A DNA stretch of 64,000 bases from Bugula neritina. Lineage: Eukaryota; Animalia; Bryozoa. A program made the translations under genes and the position numbers. The DNA lies in assembly GCA_964035545.1 (NCBI GenBank), contig OZ037767.1, forward strand, positions 23,204,628-23,268,627. Reading direction: 5' to 3'. Positions 61,001 to 64,000 of the stretch are shown here, one piece after another. The notes under the pieces were generated by a model. The model was not told the origin of the DNA. It saw nothing but the letters and a program-made list of their open reading frames with translations, and ran no database searches. Each line of letters starts with the position of its first letter. Positions within the stretch are counted from its first letter, which is position 1.

Positions 61001-63914
61001 TGTTTGCAATGCAATGACATCTAAAGCATGACACTGATATGATACCTTGCGTGCTACAGACAGACATATTGAGTACTGCAAACATTTCATTAACTAATTC
61101 TATAATTGAATTATTAGTTTCTTTGATCAACGGCACTGAATTTCTATCTGTCAATTTTTTGATTGATGCATCTACTTCACTCATGTAGGTATATAATACA
61201 TAATATTATGAAGGTTTATCACAAATTACTACTGTATGGATTATAGGCTATAGCATATATAGGCTACTACTGTATAGTATATATATACTCACTACTGTAT
61301 AGTATATATATACTCACTACTGTATAGTATATATATACTCACTACTGTATAGTATATATATACTCACTACTGTATAGTATATACACTACTTACTACTGTA
61401 TAGTATATATACTACTCACTACAGAATGCATATCAATAGCAGACCTGCCTTCGGCCACAATTCCTCATTTATAATTCAAATCATTAATTATGAATAAATG
61501 ACTATGAAATCACCAGCTAAATGAACCCTTGACTGGTCAGTTAAACCACACAACTTCAATGTGGGGAATACTCCAATTTTATTAGCTTTATTATAAACTA
61601 TCTCAAATACTGCTAACAAATTTCACAACTTCTGCAACAATACTTTACTCGTACATATTATGAGCCAGCAACAGAAAATGAACTCATTTATGACTGATAC
61701 ATTAAATTATTTTTCTAATTTTAAACACACTGGTAAACAGAATGATGTCGACAGCAAATAAATAACCTGGCTTACTTTAGTAAGAAGCATGCCTTACCTG
61801 GAATAGAAGGCATCCTTGTTACCTGCACCTAATTTAGTTTTCTACATGCTACACGTACCTGCCTGAGTGACTTTCAACTTAAGACTTGCAAGTTTTGAGT
61901 GGCAGCTGTGGCCTCAATTTAAATTTTAAATCACTGATGATAAGGTAATCAGGCAAAAAGATATGAATTCAAATTTGATATAATCTGCATTGAGAAATAT
62001 CTCCAGTTCAATCAGTCAGAAATACAGCCTAGTCTTAGTTAGAGGGGGGTTTGTGGAAACGTCTCAACCTTGTTAAAAATATTATTCTAGGCTAAGTTAT
62101 ACCTGCCAATACCAATTCATAGATTTACTATCGATTAACTAGAATCAACAAGCTGTTTTGTTTCTATCAATAAGAGGAATAAATTTGACTTATTGACTAT
62201 TAATAGCTGTATTGAGGTAATGAAGCAAAGAAGCACAATGGAGAATATGCAAAGTATGTAGATGCCTGATCAGATACAACAGAACCAACTGAGGGAAAGT
62301 CACACACCGTATGATCTGTTTAGTCTGCAGCTTATTGCACCAGCCTTAATTAAATTCAGGTCTCTTAACCAGGGTACTTTATATAATAATCAGGGTTCTT
62401 TATATACATACCAGAGTGCTTTATATACCAGAGTGTTTTATATACCAGAGTGCTTTATGTACTAGAGTGTTTTATATACTAGAGTGTTTATATACCACAG
62501 TGCTTTGTATGATAAAAAGGGGTTTTTAAAGCAGGTACAGGAGCAATTATGATTGGATGCTCCGCCTAACATCACCAATGGCCTCTACTTGGGATCAAAC
62601 CTGTGACCTCGAGTTTACTAAGCCAGCACAAACAAGAAGATAACTATTTAACAGTTATCTTCCAATCCTTAATCTTATTTTATACAACTTATAAAAAGTA
62701 AAGTTTTTTTTAACTATTATGACTCTGCAACAATAAACTTCCAGTTCTCTTCTAGCATTATGGTCCGGAATTTACTAGAGATGTTTTGTAACGAAACCGT
62801 TAAACATTGAGTCTATTTAAAACAAGCTAATTAACCTTAAATTATTATTAAAAAAAACTATGATACTCAATTTTCAACACTGATACTCTTTTCATTAAAA
62901 TGACACCATAATAGTTTGCATAGAATAATTGAACAATCTTGTAAAGTAATAGGAATAGTATATATATAAGGTCTTATCAAGACTACTACTAATACAGTAT
63001 ATTAGTTTACAAACAGATATTTTACCTTGATTGTCAGCTTCTGGAAACATTGATAACTGCCTTAGAATTTCTTGTACTGCAACTGTCAGCTTCTATAAAA
63101 TAGAAATGAATGAATATGTACTGTGCAGTGCTTTGACTAGAGAAGAAGGAGGATTGTGAAAAGCATATGGAAGAGATAGTTTACAGAAAAAGTAGTTTAT
63201 AAAAAAATTAATTATATAGAAGGTAGGTCATAGAAAAGAGCTGGTCCAATGAGAGAAGGTAGTAGATTAATAGAAAGTAATTTATACATGAAAAGGGCAG
63301 ATAATTCTGAACAAACAGGAAGTGAAACTTACGCCGACTTTCACTTGACTATCGGATATCTGGGCTCGATTAGAGAGGTCTACTCTTCGGTTGCTGACAG
63401 TTCGGTTGAGAGCTGCCAGCCGCTCCTTCAACAGCGACAGCGTTTCCTCTCGGTCTGAGGCCATCACCTGAACAGAATCCTCCCTCAGTTAATGGGTGAA
63501 GTATACAGCCAGATATATTGTGACATGTTAACATACTCATTGGGGATGTTCCACAATGCTTATTTCAGAATTATAGAGAACGTATTTTCAACTCAGCAAC
63601 ATGTTAAAAAGAGAACACAATTGCTGTTTACAAGATGCCACAAGGACAATATTTATTCTTTTTAAATTTGGCAACAAAACACCATGCTTTACAAACAGAA
63701 AGTAGCAAATATTTAAAAAACACAAGCACCTGTGACTGCTTGTCAAGTAGCAGAGACTCTTTACGAGGTGGAGGAAGAGGACAAGCTTCGAGACCAGTGG
63801 CGGCAGCACCGGCAGCACTCATATCTATCTGCAGGTTGTATCTGGGAACAGACTTGTAATCTTCTAAGAACACAGAATGCCTGGGCTCCTCAAATATGTT
63901 ATCAGAGTCCACAG
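43008..63914 (-). CDS. DMD: Dystrophin, 3' part (last spectrin repeats, WW, EF-hands, ZZ, coiled coils); 5'-partial
   Basis: Exons 63730-63914, 63333-63467, 63026-63092, 59575-59786, 58649-58803, 58240-58417, 54490-54656, 52803-52959, 52267(or 52252)-52384, 51627-51847, 50378-50559, 48898-49053, 48555-48691 ([23 protein letters not shown]), 48277-48445, 47741-47868 (LNWLLNVYD), 47441-47598 ([15 protein letters not shown]), 47097-47263 ([18 protein letters not shown]), 46577-46688 ([19 protein letters not shown]), 46135-46280, 44862-45011, 44509-44700, 44148-44336, 43581-43797 ([30 protein letters not shown]), 43366-43483, 43008-43129. All phases consistent. Confidence 0.96.
43781..43945. repeat. 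33-bp x5 tandem repeat containing a dystrophin 3' splice site and exon start
   Basis: Unit on - strand: atgtataactatgtag|GAACCTGCAGAGTGAGT; the lowest-coordinate copy contains the true acceptor (exon starts 43797). Confidence 0.95.
44040..44145. repeat. CA-rich repeat (acacaccgtacaa) next to a dystrophin donor
   Basis: Direct copies abut the GT at 44146-44147. Confidence 0.85.
45072..45420. repeat. 24-bp minisatellite (~14 copies)
   Basis: Unit gtggagacacgcctactttcttat. Confidence 0.95.
49286..49623 (-). CDS. Candidate alternative first coding exon of a short (Dp71-like) dystrophin isoform
   Basis: ATG in GCTGCTATGG context with an in-frame TAA just upstream; 112 open codons; GG|GTAAGG donor in phase 2, matching the phase-2 acceptor of the WW exon at 49053. 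Confidence 0.65.
51305..51580. repeat. 13-bp minisatellite (~21 copies)
   Basis: Unit tactacagtgcta. Confidence 0.95.
52986..54370. repeat. 53-bp minisatellite (~26 copies) filling a dystrophin intron
   Basis: Unit tgtgctatataacatagtgctatacagtgctataatatactgatattatccca. Confidence 0.97.
61046..61184 (-). CDS. Candidate alternative first coding exon of an intermediate dystrophin isoform
   Basis: [46 protein letters not shown] then G|GTATCA donor in phase 1, matching the phase-1 acceptor at 59786; no acceptor immediately upstream of the ATG. Confidence 0.5.
61265..61420. repeat. ~25-bp minisatellite
   Basis: Unit tactcactactgtatagtatatata, ~6 copies. Confidence 0.9.
62408..62505. repeat. ~17-bp tandem repeat
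   Basis: Unit tataccagagtgtttta, ~6 copies. Confidence 0.8.
62537..62630 (-). mobile_element. Degenerate dispersed repeat, probable tRNA-derived SINE remnant (copy 2)
   Basis: Shares its core with 15764-15860; the - strand has a B-box-like ggtttgatccc. Confidence 0.45.
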
Positions 63915-64000
63915 CTGCAGAGAGAAACAGTTGTAAACATGAAACATGAAGGTAGGTGTTGCTAACATGGGTAATATATAGCCTGTATATATATAACTTA

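Noticed and set aside
62309-62326. Short dystrophin exon flanked by CAG and GTGTGT
   Set aside because: The required phase gives an immediate TAA.

Overview
AT-rich, intron-dense animal (invertebrate bilaterian, probably lophotrochozoan; taxon is inference) genomic window. I traced GT-AG exon chains by hand, with consistent phases, for six genes: a kainate-like ionotropic glutamate receptor (-, runs off the left edge), COQ4 (-), a CIN85/CD2AP-type triple-SH3 adaptor (+), small acidic protein SMAP/C11orf58 (-), TMEM242 (+) and the 3' part of dystrophin (-, enters from the right edge). A 5'-truncated LINE carrying a nested Harbinger-type MITE lies between SMAP and TMEM242. The introns contain fold-back MITEs, SINE-like remnants and many minisatellites. 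Main points of interest: (1) a ~3.2 kb two-exon alternative 3' end inside the CIN85 gene that would replace SH3C and the coiled coil with a ~1050-aa disordered tail; (2) two candidate internal first exons giving short dystrophin isoforms; (3) tandem repeats that repeatedly start at, and sometimes copy, splice junctions; (4) non-canonical ligand-pocket residues in the iGluR; (5) 6-bp-periodic tracts marking both divergent promoters. No database searches were run; homology calls rest on recognised motifs.
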